From positions 186,001-250,000 of IMG/VR virus record IMGVR_UViG_3300036770_003657: a stretch of 64,000 nucleotides of DNA, one strand, 5' to 3'. Within the stretch, counting starts at the first letter, position 1. Each line of letters starts with the position of its first letter. The translations under genes were made by a program, and so were the position numbers. The notes below the pieces were generated by a model. That model had not been told where the DNA came from. It saw nothing but the letters and a program-made list of their open reading frames with translations, and made no database searches. Of the stretch, positions 47,864 to 57,237 are shown piece after piece.

Positions 47864-47949
47864 AATGGGCCCAGAATTTACTATATTATTTATCGTGTTA
47901 GAATTCTAGCGTAACCTTATGATAATTCCGCAGAAGGTTAAATAAAATT

Positions 47950-48005
47950 GTAGGACCTCTGTAGATATCGGGCGGTACTACAAGTCCTACTTTTCTAAGT
48001 AGGAG
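47950..48005 (+). promoter_or_regulatory. Structured 5' leader of phoH with alternative pairings
   Basis: GTAGGAC/GTCCTAC stem versus TCCTACTT/AAGTAGGA stem covering the SD. Confidence 0.5.
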
Positions 48006-48012
48006 TTACTGG

Positions 48013-48729
48013 ATGAGCAAAAGAGTGAAAAAACGCTTTACCTCAAATGTGAATGTGATTGATTTTAACACATTCATCCCGCAAAAAAATTGCAGGGTAC
48101 ATCTTTACCCTCGCAATGAAGCACAAAAAATCTATATTCAAAAGCTACAAAATGAAGATAATAGTATATTATTTGCCATAGGACCAGCAGGTACAGGCAA
48201 AACATTACTAGCAGTTCAAGCTGGAATAAAGTTTTTTCAAGAGGGCAAGGTAGACAAGCTCATAGTTACAAGACCCGCCGTTAGTGTAGATGAAGATCTT
48301 GGCTTTTTGCCAGGCACATTAAATCAAAAGATGGAGCCATGGACCAAGCCTATATTTGACGTTTTAGGAGAATATTATAGTCAAAGAGATATAGTAGAAA
48401 TGTTAAGTGAAGGAGTAATAGAGATCAGCCCCTTGGCCTATATGAGAGGACGCACATTTAAGCGTGCCTGGATTATAGCCGATGAGATGCAGAATGCTAC
48501 AGCAAATCAAATGAAAATGCTGCTAACAAGATTGGGAGATCAAAGCCGTATGGTAGTCACAGGAGATTTGGCACAAGCAGATCGTCTTGCTGACAACGGG
48601 TTGATCGAATTTTGCAACCTACTGGGAAATCGCAAAAGAACAGAACACATCGATATCGTTAGGTTTGAAGCCAAAGATATCGAGCGTCATCAAGCCGTAA
48701 AGGAGGTATTAGAGATATACGGTGATTAA
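48013..48729 (+). CDS. phoH: PhoH family ATPase
   Basis: GPAGTGKT, LGFLPG, PLAYMRGRTF, DEMQN and TGD..Q.D. Confidence 0.95.
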   Translation: MSKRVKKRFTSNVNVIDFNTFIPQKNCRVHLYPRNEAQKIYIQKLQNEDNSILFAIGPAGTGKTLLAVQAGIKFFQEGKVDKLIVTRPAVSVDEDLGFLPGTLNQKMEPWTKPIFDVLGEYYSQRDIVEMLSEGVIEISPLAYMRGRTFKRAWIIADEMQNATANQMKMLLTRLGDQSRMVVTGDLAQADRLADNGLIEFCNLLGNRKRTEHIDIVRFEAKDIERHQAVKEVLEIYGD

Positions 48730-49220
48730 TTAACAGGTTCGCCTTGGGCGTCTACTTCTATCCATGAATAGTCGCCCAACCATTTAACTCTAGTAATATA
48801 TTCATATTCAACTGGAGGTGCCGTGGCCCAATCATCAGGTCCCAGCATACTTAATCTTGTACAACTATGTTTGTTATCGTACAAGAGCCAATACACTTTC
48901 CCATGAAAAATCTGAAACTGATACTTAGCAGCATGAACAGCATCAGTAACTTCCAGCCTACGTTTGATCTGATCTGCCTGAGCCTGTAATACTGCCACAA
49001 GATCCATAATGCGTTTATATTCCTGCTGAGCATGTAGACGTGCTACATTGACCATTATATCCTTTTGTTTCTCAATAGGTATAAGATCAAACTTTGGAGC
49101 ACCTACATCAGTAGGATAAGGAGTTACATTTTTATTAAAAAAGTTTACAAGTCCCGTGCCTAACTCTGCATCAAAACTTGTACGTCCCTTGGCACTATTT
49201 GGTCTATCAGTCATTAACAT
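48726..49220 (-). CDS. Hypothetical protein (DUF2452-like)
   Basis: YPT..GAPKF; QQEY.RI; G.VY.LL; L.DYSW. Confidence 0.55.
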   Translation of the reverse strand: MLMTDRPNSAKGRTSFDAELGTGLVNFFNKNVTPYPTDVGAPKFDLIPIEKQKDIMVNVARLHAQQEYKRIMDLVAVLQAQADQIKRRLEVTDAVHAAKYQFQIFHGKVYWLLYDNKHSCTRLSMLGPDDWATAPPVEYEYITRVKWLGDYSWIEVDAQGEPVN

Positions 49221-50127
49221 GAGCCAATCTTATAAGTGTAGCAGCAAGATTAATTTCTGGATCACTGACCAATGTATGATCTACCAGTCCTTGTTTGATA
49301 ATCAGAATAGCTTTCTCTTGTTTAGCATCGTCACCAAATAAGGTGACATTATCATAAAGCCAACGATAAATGTCTTCCATTTCTTCTGGTCTAGCTTGGC
49401 TACAAACTAGTTTACGAGCATCACCAATTTTACCTGCTTTAAATAATTGTACCATTTCTATTTTATAGTCAGATTCAGTATTGTCATCCGCATCTGGTGG
49501 TAGTAATACATTATTAATACAATTCATTTGTACACTGTTAATACATTTCCGCAAGTCAGGATATGAAGCCTTTACTATAGTATCTAAAGTATCTAGTTCA
49601 AATTCTATATTTTCTTCAACAAGAATTGTGGCTACCCTAGCTGTAAATTCTGTTTGATCTATACGTTCAATATGAAAGCCTTGACAACGACTATGTAGAG
49701 CAGGAATAACACGATTAGGATAATTACAGGTTAAAATAAATCTTGCTGTGGTATGATATTCTTCCATCACACCACGTAGAGCTGCCTGTGCGTTAACACT
49801 TAAGTAGTCAGCCTCGTCAAGTAGTATAACCTTAAAATCACCAAATGGAATCATTTGTGCAAAGTTAACAATACGTCCACGAACATCATCTACGCTATTA
49901 ACACGACTAGCGTTGATTTCTAAAATATCTAAATCATTTATTTCTAATTCATTCAGTAAGATTTTAGCCAGTGTAGTTTTACCAATACCAGCATTACCAC
50001 TGAATAATAGATGTGGAATAGTACGATCTTTTACCCAAGTTTCAACTTGTTTACGTTGATGATCATCTCTAAAGACATACTCAGAAAGAGTACGGGGTCT
50101 ATATTTTTCTACCCAAAGTTCACGCAT
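49207..50127 (-). CDS. Clamp loader ATPase subunit (gp44/RFC-small-like)
   Basis: LWVEKYRP, GNAGIGKT, EINAS, LDEADYL, LHSRC and DLRKCIN. Confidence 0.93.
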   Translation of the reverse strand: MRELWVEKYRPRTLSEYVFRDDHQRKQVETWVKDRTIPHLLFSGNAGIGKTTLAKILLNELEINDLDILEINASRVNSVDDVRGRIVNFAQMIPFGDFKVILLDEADYLSVNAQAALRGVMEEYHTTARFILTCNYPNRVIPALHSRCQGFHIERIDQTEFTARVATILVEENIEFELDTLDTIVKASYPDLRKCINSVQMNCINNVLLPPDADDNTESDYKIEMVQLFKAGKIGDARKLVCSQARPEEMEDIYRWLYDNVTLFGDDAKQEKAILIIKQGLVDHTLVSDPEINLAATLIRLAHVND

Positions 50128-50165
50128 AATTACCTCTTAAAAAAGTTTTTAACAGCAGTGAATAA

Positions 50166-50194
50166 ATTATAAAATCTTAAGTGATGATTGTCAA
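50166..50194 (-). promoter_or_regulatory. Consensus sigma70 promoter (TTGACA-N17-TATAAT)
   Basis: tgtcaa at 50189-50194 and attata at 50166-50171. Confidence 0.85.
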
Positions 50195-50220
50195 GAAAAC
50201 TTGGATGATGTGGACATCTT

Positions 50221-50244
50221 CCCTGCCTATAATCACAGGCAGGG
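50221..50244. terminator. GC-rich hairpin downstream of groES
   Basis: CCCTGCCT-N8-AGGCAGGG; no clear U-tract. Confidence 0.45.
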
Positions 50245-50271
50245 CTATATTCCTTACGGCAAATATTACAT

Positions 50272-50589
50272 TTAAAACTCTGAGGGTCGCTCATCAGCTA
50301 CAGCCAAAATACAATCATTATCAATACGGCGAATAGTTTCTTCACCATTGGCAGTTTCAACATTAATGCCTCGGGTCCAACGGCCGTGTTCAACTAGAAC
50401 CCAATCACCAATTTTGACATCTTGCTGTTCATCACCCACAGCCCAAACACGACCCCATCTTGGTCTAATGCCTTCTGTTTTCCCATCATCATTTAATAAA
50501 AGAATTCCAGTACTGGTAGTTCTATTATCAAAATCCATATTGGATACTAGTACATTATCACGAATTGGAGTAATTTTTCCTTTAATCAT
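50272..50589 (-). CDS. groES: Co-chaperonin GroES-like
   Basis: PIRDNVLV, TSTGILL, GRVWAVG, VKIGDWVL and ILAV. Confidence 0.85.
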   Translation of the reverse strand: MIKGKITPIRDNVLVSNMDFDNRTTSTGILLLNDDGKTEGIRPRWGRVWAVGDEQQDVKIGDWVLVEHGRWTRGINVETANGEETIRRIDNDCILAVADERPSEF

Positions 50590-50598
50590 AAGTGCCTC

Positions 50599-50799
50599 TT
50601 AGTTAGTTCCTTTATAATATTTGTCCTGAATTTCCTCTCTACGACGAACAATTTTACCACCTGGACCAAGTTCGTCACCTCGAGCATTCATTTTGGCATT
50701 GCCTACAGCCACAGTGTTCTCATTCATAGTACGAAGTTTTTCCATATCAACTTCTCTGCCCTGCATACTTCTATAAACTTTTTTTGGACCTTCTTTCAT
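50599..50799 (-). CDS. Hypothetical protein
   Basis: AVGN..MNARGDELGPGG motif; AGGAG RBS. Confidence 0.6.
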   Translation of the reverse strand: MKEGPKKVYRSMQGREVDMEKLRTMNENTVAVGNAKMNARGDELGPGGKIVRRREEIQDKYYKGTN

Positions 50800-50809
50800 A
50801 GTATTCTCC

Positions 50810-51304
50810 TTACCTTAAAAATTCCCACCAATCTAAATCATATTTAATTGGATCAATTTTATGTACACCTATTAAGTATAAAACATAACTGGCTACACTA
50901 CTGCCTCGACCCACGCCCCAAACTATATTGTTAGCTCTTGCTGTATCAACAAAGTACTTGAGCCAACGTAATAGATCCATCATATTCCTTACTTCAAACT
51001 CAAACAATTCATCTCTGAGTCTTTGGTTACGATCATCCCAAGGGGGGATTTGATTGTACAACCAAGTTTCTATATCCATTTCTTTATACTTATCAGGCAT
51101 TAGCCATTCGCTTTGACAAATACTATCATAGTCTTCGATATTGATTTCATATAACGAATTATCAATAGTTTTAGTCTCAGTATCTAAAATTTCTAGTTTA
51201 TTGTCTGTGTAAACTAGTTTTATTAGATCAGTTTTATTTTGGTAAACAAGCTCTAATAGATCTTGTTCTTCGTAGATGCAGTGACCAAATTTATCAGTTT
51301 TCAT
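50810..51304 (-). CDS. Stand-alone fragment of a DnaE (Pol III alpha)-like NTPase domain
   Basis: VWGVGRGSSVASYVLYLIGVHKIDPIKYDL..EFLR; ends before the PDID catalytic motif. Confidence 0.75.
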   Translation of the reverse strand: MKTDKFGHCIYEEQDLLELVYQNKTDLIKLVYTDNKLEILDTETKTIDNSLYEINIEDYDSICQSEWLMPDKYKEMDIETWLYNQIPPWDDRNQRLRDELFEFEVRNMMDLLRWLKYFVDTARANNIVWGVGRGSSVASYVLYLIGVHKIDPIKYDLDWWEFLR

Positions 51305-51309
51305 GCTAT

Positions 51310-51338
51310 ATTTTAGTTTACACTGATTAAATTGTCAA
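51310..51338 (-). promoter_or_regulatory. sigma70 promoter (TTGACA-N17-TAAAAT), probably giving a leaderless mRNA
   Basis: tgtcaa at 51333-51338, atttta at 51310-51315; ATG at 51304. Confidence 0.6.
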
Positions 51339-51543
51339 GTCCTTTATCACTATTTTTCTTAAATTGTTCTTCGTAAGTTCGCATTCTGCGTTCTTGTAAT
51401 TCCATTTTATGCAAATCAATTAGTTGAATAATTTGATACTTTAGTTCTCCACTCATTGGCATAAAATATTTTCTACTTAATTCCTGTATTTTATCTTCTA
51501 ATTGATTATCTGTTAATTTGGTTAAGTCTACTAATGGATTCAT
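51313..51543 (-). CDS. Hypothetical protein
   Basis: TAATG-coupled ORF. Confidence 0.55.
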   Translation of the reverse strand: MNPLVDLTKLTDNQLEDKIQELSRKYFMPMSGELKYQIIQLIDLHKMELQERRMRTYEEQFKKNSDKGLDNLISVN

Positions 51544-52217
51544 TATATACCTATAAATTTATTAATATAGTTCACGAATACTGTTAACCCTCCATCGTAA
51601 CTCCAAACTTCTAAAACGTGTTCATAATCATTTAGATTTTCGCTTAGGTCTACAATAATACTAGGTCTCAAAAACCAAATATATTTATTAGTGACTATAT
51701 TGAATTCATATTCTAATGGGCTAGCACCTTTTATAATACCACCCACTTCTGTAGCAAAGTTTAGTCTATAATTAAATTTATTAGGATCAGTATAGTCAAT
51801 ATTAAAGACTACATGTAATATTAATTTTTGAAATCTTCCTTGAGTAGTAGTTTCGGGCCAATTAGTAAATTTTAAAGTAGTGTTACCTATAATGCCTATT
51901 TTTTGTGCCATACCGTTTTGGAGGTTGACTATGACTTGTGATCCTGATAGATTTTGCTGACCGTTAAAATAACTTTGTCCAGAATAATCAATAATGCTAT
52001 CTCTGATTACATTGCCCTGAAAGTCATTATACAATAGATTGTCCTCAATTATTGTAACACCTTGAGCAGTGGATGATTCTAAATTTTCAATTTCATTTCT
52101 TGCTACGTTAAGAGCATTCTTAATAGCTAAAAAATTATCTCTAAATCCTTGGCTAGGATTGTCCTCACCTAATATAGGAAAATTTTCATCTATTACTGCA
52201 TAATTTATATTACTCAT
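51543..52217 (-). CDS. Putative baseplate/tail structural protein
   Basis: DENFP..G.DN.SQGFRDNF..IK N-terminus; beta-rich C-terminus. Confidence 0.55.
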   Translation of the reverse strand: MSNINYAVIDENFPILGEDNPSQGFRDNFLAIKNALNVARNEIENLESSTAQGVTIIEDNLLYNDFQGNVIRDSIIDYSGQSYFNGQQNLSGSQVIVNLQNGMAQKIGIIGNTTLKFTNWPETTTQGRFQKLILHVVFNIDYTDPNKFNYRLNFATEVGGIIKGASPLEYEFNIVTNKYIWFLRPSIIVDLSENLNDYEHVLEVWSYDGGLTVFVNYINKFIGI

Positions 52218-54652
52218 AATACTACCTCTTTGTCTTTAAATACCAAATATTTGTCTTCACTATAGCCATTTACACTATCGATGATATATCTATCTACAGT
52301 ATAGTCTAATAGTTTAAAATTAAACTCACTGTTTTTAATGTTTAATACTATTTCACTAGCAGCACCTTCAATACAATAACATAATGGCATGGCTAATACA
52401 AATCCTAGTTCCTGTCTATTATCTTGAAAACTACGCATCCATAATGGAAGATACTTTGGTTGATATACTACGCCTTCTCCATTAGGAGTAGTATAACTTT
52501 TGATGCGTCTACGCCAATTAGTATATGTGTTTGGATATCTATTTCTAGATTTAAAGTCACTGACCTGTAAATCAGTACGATCAATTGTTATACGTTCTAT
52601 AGGTCTTCTACTATATGGTTCTTTATCTTTAATGAAAAGTTCTTCTTCATCACTACGCCAAATATAATTGCTAGCATCTGTACTAATAACATTATTAGCT
52701 TTGCTTAATTTAATTTTTAGATCTAGGTTTCTTTTGTTAAAATCGTCTATAGTTAAATTTAAAGGTAGTTTATCATCTTTAAAGTCTTGATGATCTACCA
52801 TTTGGATATAAACAACTTCATATACAACATCATTGGTTCCTGGAATCTTGGCCTGTGCTGTCCTTATATCACCAAATCTAAAACGTTTTCTTTTGTGATT
52901 TAGGCCAATCATACTGATATATTCGCTAGCATCTATAGTTTCTATACCAGCAAACATCAACATTCTAAGATCTTTTCTGATTCCAAAGTTTACATCATTT
53001 TGTCTGTAGATTAAATCTTTAGGAAATATACCTTCATTATTGATAAAGTCACTAAAATATTGTCTCTTAGTTTGTGGCATATAGGTAGTAACATATATAT
53101 TACTATAAAGTTTATTATCTGGGGTTCCAATTTCTAAGGTAAATTCTTGATCAATAGCACTGTATATACTCTGATCTGTGGCTCTAACAATGAACTTATA
53201 AATCTTATCTACAGTGGTTTGATTATTATCAAATGTTAGGTTGCTTACACGTTGTCCATTTACCACGTCATAAAATGTGGTTAGGCCTAGTGTAGTATTA
53301 TTAGGATATTGATTTATTTTGCCTATGATTTCACCATTGTTCAATAATGTTAACCCTGGAGGTAAAGTTCCACTAATCAGTCTATAATCTATTCTAGCAT
53401 TAGCTATACTGGTTGTTGCTTGAATTTTTAGTGTACTTATTAGGTTAACATCTAATATACCTAAGTCACTATCACTGAGCCAAGTCATATTACTATCGAC
53501 TTCTCCTAGTGTTTGTATGGTAAAGGTTCTACTTACGCTACCAGTTTCAACTCTGCCAAACCTAGTTGCAGTAATTGTGAATTGGTACGTTTTTATATAA
53601 TCGGATTGATAAGGGATTATACCAAATACTTCACCGCTGCGTATATCCAGTTTCATTCCAGGTGGTAGTTGACTTTTAGGACTGGTTAAATCATTTGGTG
53701 TTAAGTTGGGTTCTAAATAATATTGTACGCTGCCATATGCTATCATATCAACAATATCTAGTTTAATTATATGATAGTTATTGGCTCTTATTACGCCCAA
53801 ATTAGCAGGAGTAATCCAAATTGGTGTTCTTACATCAGTATTATCTGCACGATAAAAGTTTGTTCCTGCTTTGGTAAGTGTATTATCTGCTTTTAAAAAG
53901 TCTTCACCTACTACATATATTCTAAATTTTCGTTTTTTTGGAGTAGTATGTCCATCACTCACTGTAATAATGAATTCATAATTTCTGTTTAATTTTTTTG
54001 GAACACGTAATGGTTCAAAATAATCAAAGGTTATAACATCATAATTAAAGGTATCAAATCCATTATCAGTGATTATGCCATAATCAAAACCGTATCCATC
54101 AAATCTATTACTATCATATCCACCATTACGATCTTTAATAAACACACTGAGTAAGGGATCTATTAGCCCAGTAATCTTTCCGCTATTGCTCAGTTCAAGT
54201 CCAGGAGGCAACGTACCATCTCCGCTACTAATAAAATAGCGTAGTTCTTGTCCTGCTGCTGTGTCAAAGTCTATAGCTTGTATTTGAAATTCTACAGGCG
54301 TTCTATCTAATACAAAAAATGTTTGATTAGGTCCTACAGGTAAAAGATCAGGTGGAGTTATGATTTCTGGTTCATCAGAACCTTCTATAGTGATGAAAAA
54401 CGTTCGATCGGTGATTAGATTATTTTTACTGGCCCTTATAACAAATTTAAATGTCTTCGGCTCAACAACTTCTTTAGCACTACCTTTTATACTATTGCTT
54501 TCTAATCTTAGCCCATCTGGTAATTTACCACTTATTATTTCAAATTTTAGATCTGTAATGTTAGAATTTAAGGGTAAAGGTAGATTAAGTGGAACATTTT
54601 CTTGATGTGTTCCAAAGGTATAACCACTAAGTTGTGTCCAAACATTGAGCAT
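52214..54652 (-). CDS. Ig-like (He_PIG-type) repeat structural protein, probable baseplate component
   Basis: Repeated SG.LP.GL.L...G.I.G motifs. Confidence 0.65.
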   Translation of the reverse strand: MLNVWTQLSGYTFGTHQENVPLNLPLPLNSNITDLKFEIISGKLPDGLRLESNSIKGSAKEVVEPKTFKFVIRASKNNLITDRTFFITIEGSDEPEIITPPDLLPVGPNQTFFVLDRTPVEFQIQAIDFDTAAGQELRYFISSGDGTLPPGLELSNSGKITGLIDPLLSVFIKDRNGGYDSNRFDGYGFDYGIITDNGFDTFNYDVITFDYFEPLRVPKKLNRNYEFIITVSDGHTTPKKRKFRIYVVGEDFLKADNTLTKAGTNFYRADNTDVRTPIWITPANLGVIRANNYHIIKLDIVDMIAYGSVQYYLEPNLTPNDLTSPKSQLPPGMKLDIRSGEVFGIIPYQSDYIKTYQFTITATRFGRVETGSVSRTFTIQTLGEVDSNMTWLSDSDLGILDVNLISTLKIQATTSIANARIDYRLISGTLPPGLTLLNNGEIIGKINQYPNNTTLGLTTFYDVVNGQRVSNLTFDNNQTTVDKIYKFIVRATDQSIYSAIDQEFTLEIGTPDNKLYSNIYVTTYMPQTKRQYFSDFINNEGIFPKDLIYRQNDVNFGIRKDLRMLMFAGIETIDASEYISMIGLNHKRKRFRFGDIRTAQAKIPGTNDVVYEVVYIQMVDHQDFKDDKLPLNLTIDDFNKRNLDLKIKLSKANNVISTDASNYIWRSDEEELFIKDKEPYSRRPIERITIDRTDLQVSDFKSRNRYPNTYTNWRRRIKSYTTPNGEGVVYQPKYLPLWMRSFQDNRQELGFVLAMPLCYCIEGAASEIVLNIKNSEFNFKLLDYTVDRYIIDSVNGYSEDKYLVFKDKEVVL

Positions 54653-54658
54653 TTTAGG

Positions 54659-54681
54659 ATCCTATAGTATATTTATAGGAT
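54659..54681 (-). promoter_or_regulatory. T4-consensus late promoter TATAAATA embedded in an inverted repeat
   Basis: tatttata at 54670-54677; atcctata/tataggat arms. Confidence 0.65.
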
Positions 54682-54682
54682 T

Positions 54683-55357
54683 CTAGCTGTCTACTTTACT
54701 CCGTATACTGGGCATGAACACGTTGTTTCCGCCATATGGTTGAGCACTTCCTGGTAATATGTGTAGTTTAAGATCATTCATTCCTGCTGCTAGAGGGAAA
54801 CTAAGTTGATCCCTACTACTACTCTGTACAATGATATCCCACCAATTTAACATAGCAGCCTGTACTCGAGGACTATTACGATATATAAAGCTAGTCATCT
54901 CATATAATCCAGCATGAGCAGGCCAATTACATCGACGAAATACGTCGTGCATGGCATTTAGGCTTTCCACAGTATCAAACTTACTCAATGCCACAATATG
55001 TATTTCCTCATATACACAATCTCTACTGGCATGTTTGAAGACGCCCATATCATTATCCCCAATCTGCTCTATAATTAGTTTTGGGTCAGTTTGGACTTCA
55101 CAATAATGATCGTGCCAAATATAGTAATCGTATCCTGGTATCATCATAAAACCAAGTACTTTGGGCAGTTTAGCATTACGTCTTGCTGCGTATACTGGGT
55201 CTTTACTGAATTCTATTATAGGACGCTGTCGCCATACCTTAACGTCGTGTAGTCTATCTACATAGGCATAATAGTCTACACCTTCAAACCCACCATTACT
55301 GGGATCACGTAGAGTGGAATTAAGTCCTGATAAACTGGTTATTACTGCTACTTTCAA
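54683..55357 (-). CDS. DUF616 (TOD1/MUCI70-like) glycosyltransferase-like protein
   Basis: KVAVITS..G, YDYYIWHD, FKHASRDCVYEE and SRDQLSF; GGAGG RBS. Confidence 0.75.
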   Translation of the reverse strand: MKVAVITSLSGLNSTLRDPSNGGFEGVDYYAYVDRLHDVKVWRQRPIIEFSKDPVYAARRNAKLPKVLGFMMIPGYDYYIWHDHYCEVQTDPKLIIEQIGDNDMGVFKHASRDCVYEEIHIVALSKFDTVESLNAMHDVFRRCNWPAHAGLYEMTSFIYRNSPRVQAAMLNWWDIIVQSSSRDQLSFPLAAGMNDLKLHILPGSAQPYGGNNVFMPSIRSKVDS

Positions 55358-55368
55358 CCTGCCTCCAA

Positions 55369-55860
55369 TTATAAACTATTGTCAGCATATCCTCCGTCGA
55401 TTATAGCACCATCATCTAGAATAAAAATTGCTGATGCAGCGCCACCATCTAATGTGCTAAATGCTGCATTTACTGGTCCAGGTTGCCATATACCATCTTT
55501 AAATACAAGACCGTCACCGCTACTTGGTGGTTGATCATATATAACATCGCTTAATCCTTCTAAGCTATGATTGCTAATATCAGTTATTTGACCAATAAAA
55601 CTAGCAGCTTGTAAGGCACCTGTTACTGTAAACTTGCTAGTATTTAATGTGACAGGGCTACTGCTATATAAATTCTTACCGTTTAAGTTTAAATCACCAC
55701 CTAAAGTGGGATTAGTATCCTCTGCTAGGCTACTAGGTAAAGCTTCTTGAATTAGGCCAAAGTTAGCATTTACTTTTTCAAATGCTGTACGTAGGTCATC
55801 ACCTGTGCCATCATTGGCATAGTCACCTAGGTTAACTTGTTGTAGTGTGATTTGTGGCAT
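55369..55860 (-). CDS. Baseplate/fibre protein with T4 gp9/gp10-like N-terminus
   Basis: VNLG..ANDGTGDDLRTAFEKVNANF; P.LGGDLNLNG. Confidence 0.65.
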   Translation of the reverse strand: MPQITLQQVNLGDYANDGTGDDLRTAFEKVNANFGLIQEALPSSLAEDTNPTLGGDLNLNGKNLYSSSPVTLNTSKFTVTGALQAASFIGQITDISNHSLEGLSDVIYDQPPSSGDGLVFKDGIWQPGPVNAAFSTLDGGAASAIFILDDGAIIDGGYADNSL

Positions 55861-55881
55861 AGTTCGCTCCCCTAGTATTTA

Positions 55882-56631
55882 TCATAGCCCATACTTGGCT
55901 TTATCAGCATTGTAATTTTGTAATACTTCTGCACTGCTCAATGATGTATTATATATTCTCACTATACCAATCTGTCCGTCAAACCATTGTGGATACTCGC
56001 CACCGTTATAACTGCCTATATATAAGTTATTTGTAGTATTCAATACGCTGGCTAAACTATGATTTACTGAACCTATACTGGCACCATTAACAAATGTTTC
56101 AAAGGTTTTAGTTCCACCGTTTTTCCAAACATAGGCCAATTGACGCCAAGTGTTTAATGTAGCAGAGTGACTTGTGCTGTTTTGATATAGAGTGGATCCA
56201 CTGCCACTACCACTAGCATATTGAGCATAATAAGAATTACTAGTAGTTCTTATACTATAGCCTACATTTTGTGTAAGACCGCCTGGGTCAAACTTACCTA
56301 ATACTACATCATTGCCTGCTACAATTTGTTTGACCCAAACTTCTATAGTCCAATCACCACTACCAGGTTCTAAAGCAATGTCATCAGGTACACTTATTTG
56401 ACTACTTGTTCCATTATAGGTAAAGTAATTAGCACTGGCAGTAATGTCACTCATAGTTCCAGTATGACTTGAGTTGGCCAAATTGTTTATTGTTGTTCCA
56501 CTACCAGGATAACTTAATGGGTTACTGGGGTCATAATGTAATACTAGTCCTGAACTTATAGGCAGTATAACAGATATAAGTTTAGGCCTACGACTTAATG
56601 AACCACCTATGCTGCGAAAGTTTCTAAACAT
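55882..56631 (-). CDS. LamG/concanavalin A-like lectin domain protein
   Basis: GLVLHYD....SYPGSG, WTIEVWVK and FDGQIGIVRIYNTSLS..EV.QNY. Confidence 0.8.
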   Translation of the reverse strand: MFRNFRSIGGSLSRRPKLISVILPISSGLVLHYDPSNPLSYPGSGTTINNLANSSHTGTMSDITASANYFTYNGTSSQISVPDDIALEPGSGDWTIEVWVKQIVAGNDVVLGKFDPGGLTQNVGYSIRTTSNSYYAQYASGSGSGSTLYQNSTSHSATLNTWRQLAYVWKNGGTKTFETFVNGASIGSVNHSLASVLNTTNNLYIGSYNGGEYPQWFDGQIGIVRIYNTSLSSAEVLQNYNADKAKYGL

Positions 56632-56652
56632 AATTATGCAGTCGTTAAATTC

Positions 56653-57237
56653 TTAAGTTGTAGTTAGTGTAATATAATCCACCATAGGACCATGATTACC
56701 TGCCCAAAACCCATTATCTATTCCTGAAATACTTATATCTACAGTGGCTATTGTGTTAAAAGTTGAGGGTATTTCGATTCTATTAAGAACTAATGAGATA
56801 TCAGTATAATTTTGTGGAGCATTTACAGTTCCAGTAGTCTTAGTTATTATGCTTGTACCCCCACTATTTTTAAAATTTAGAGTAAAATTATAAGTATCTA
56901 TCAGGGAATAAGTAGCAGCATCACTTTTTTCTCTATGCTTTATGTTACATATACCAGTAAATGAATTAACTTGACTAATAATACTGCTAACTGATACTGA
57001 TTGACTTACAGTACGATTTACATAACTAAAATATAGGATACCACTATCTACTGCTGCTTGGTTTCCGCCGCTATAATTATAAGTTTGAAATCCCCCTGTG
57101 GCAGTCCAACCTGTAGTACCATTATCAAAACTGCTGTTTGTTACTAATTGTTGAACTATACCTGAAGCAGGAGCATAAACTATAGGATTTATGCTTCTAC
57201 CTATTTTACCTCTAAAAGATTTAAAAGACTTAAACAT
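56653..57237 (-). CDS. Carbohydrate-binding-like virion protein
   Basis: LVTNSSFDNGTTGW; G.DNGFWAGNHGP.VD. Confidence 0.55.
   Translation of the reverse strand: MFKSFKSFRGKIGRSINPIVYAPASGIVQQLVTNSSFDNGTTGWTATGGFQTYNYSGGNQAAVDSGILYFSYVNRTVSQSVSVSSIISQVNSFTGICNIKHREKSDAATYSLIDTYNFTLNFKNSGGTSIITKTTGTVNAPQNYTDISLVLNRIEIPSTFNTIATVDISISGIDNGFWAGNHGPMVDYITLTTT

Noticed and set aside
50128-50271. tRNA or ncRNA in the groES-clamp loader intergenic region
   Set aside because: No cloverleaf or T-loop motif; the region is explained by one hairpin and a sigma70 promoter.
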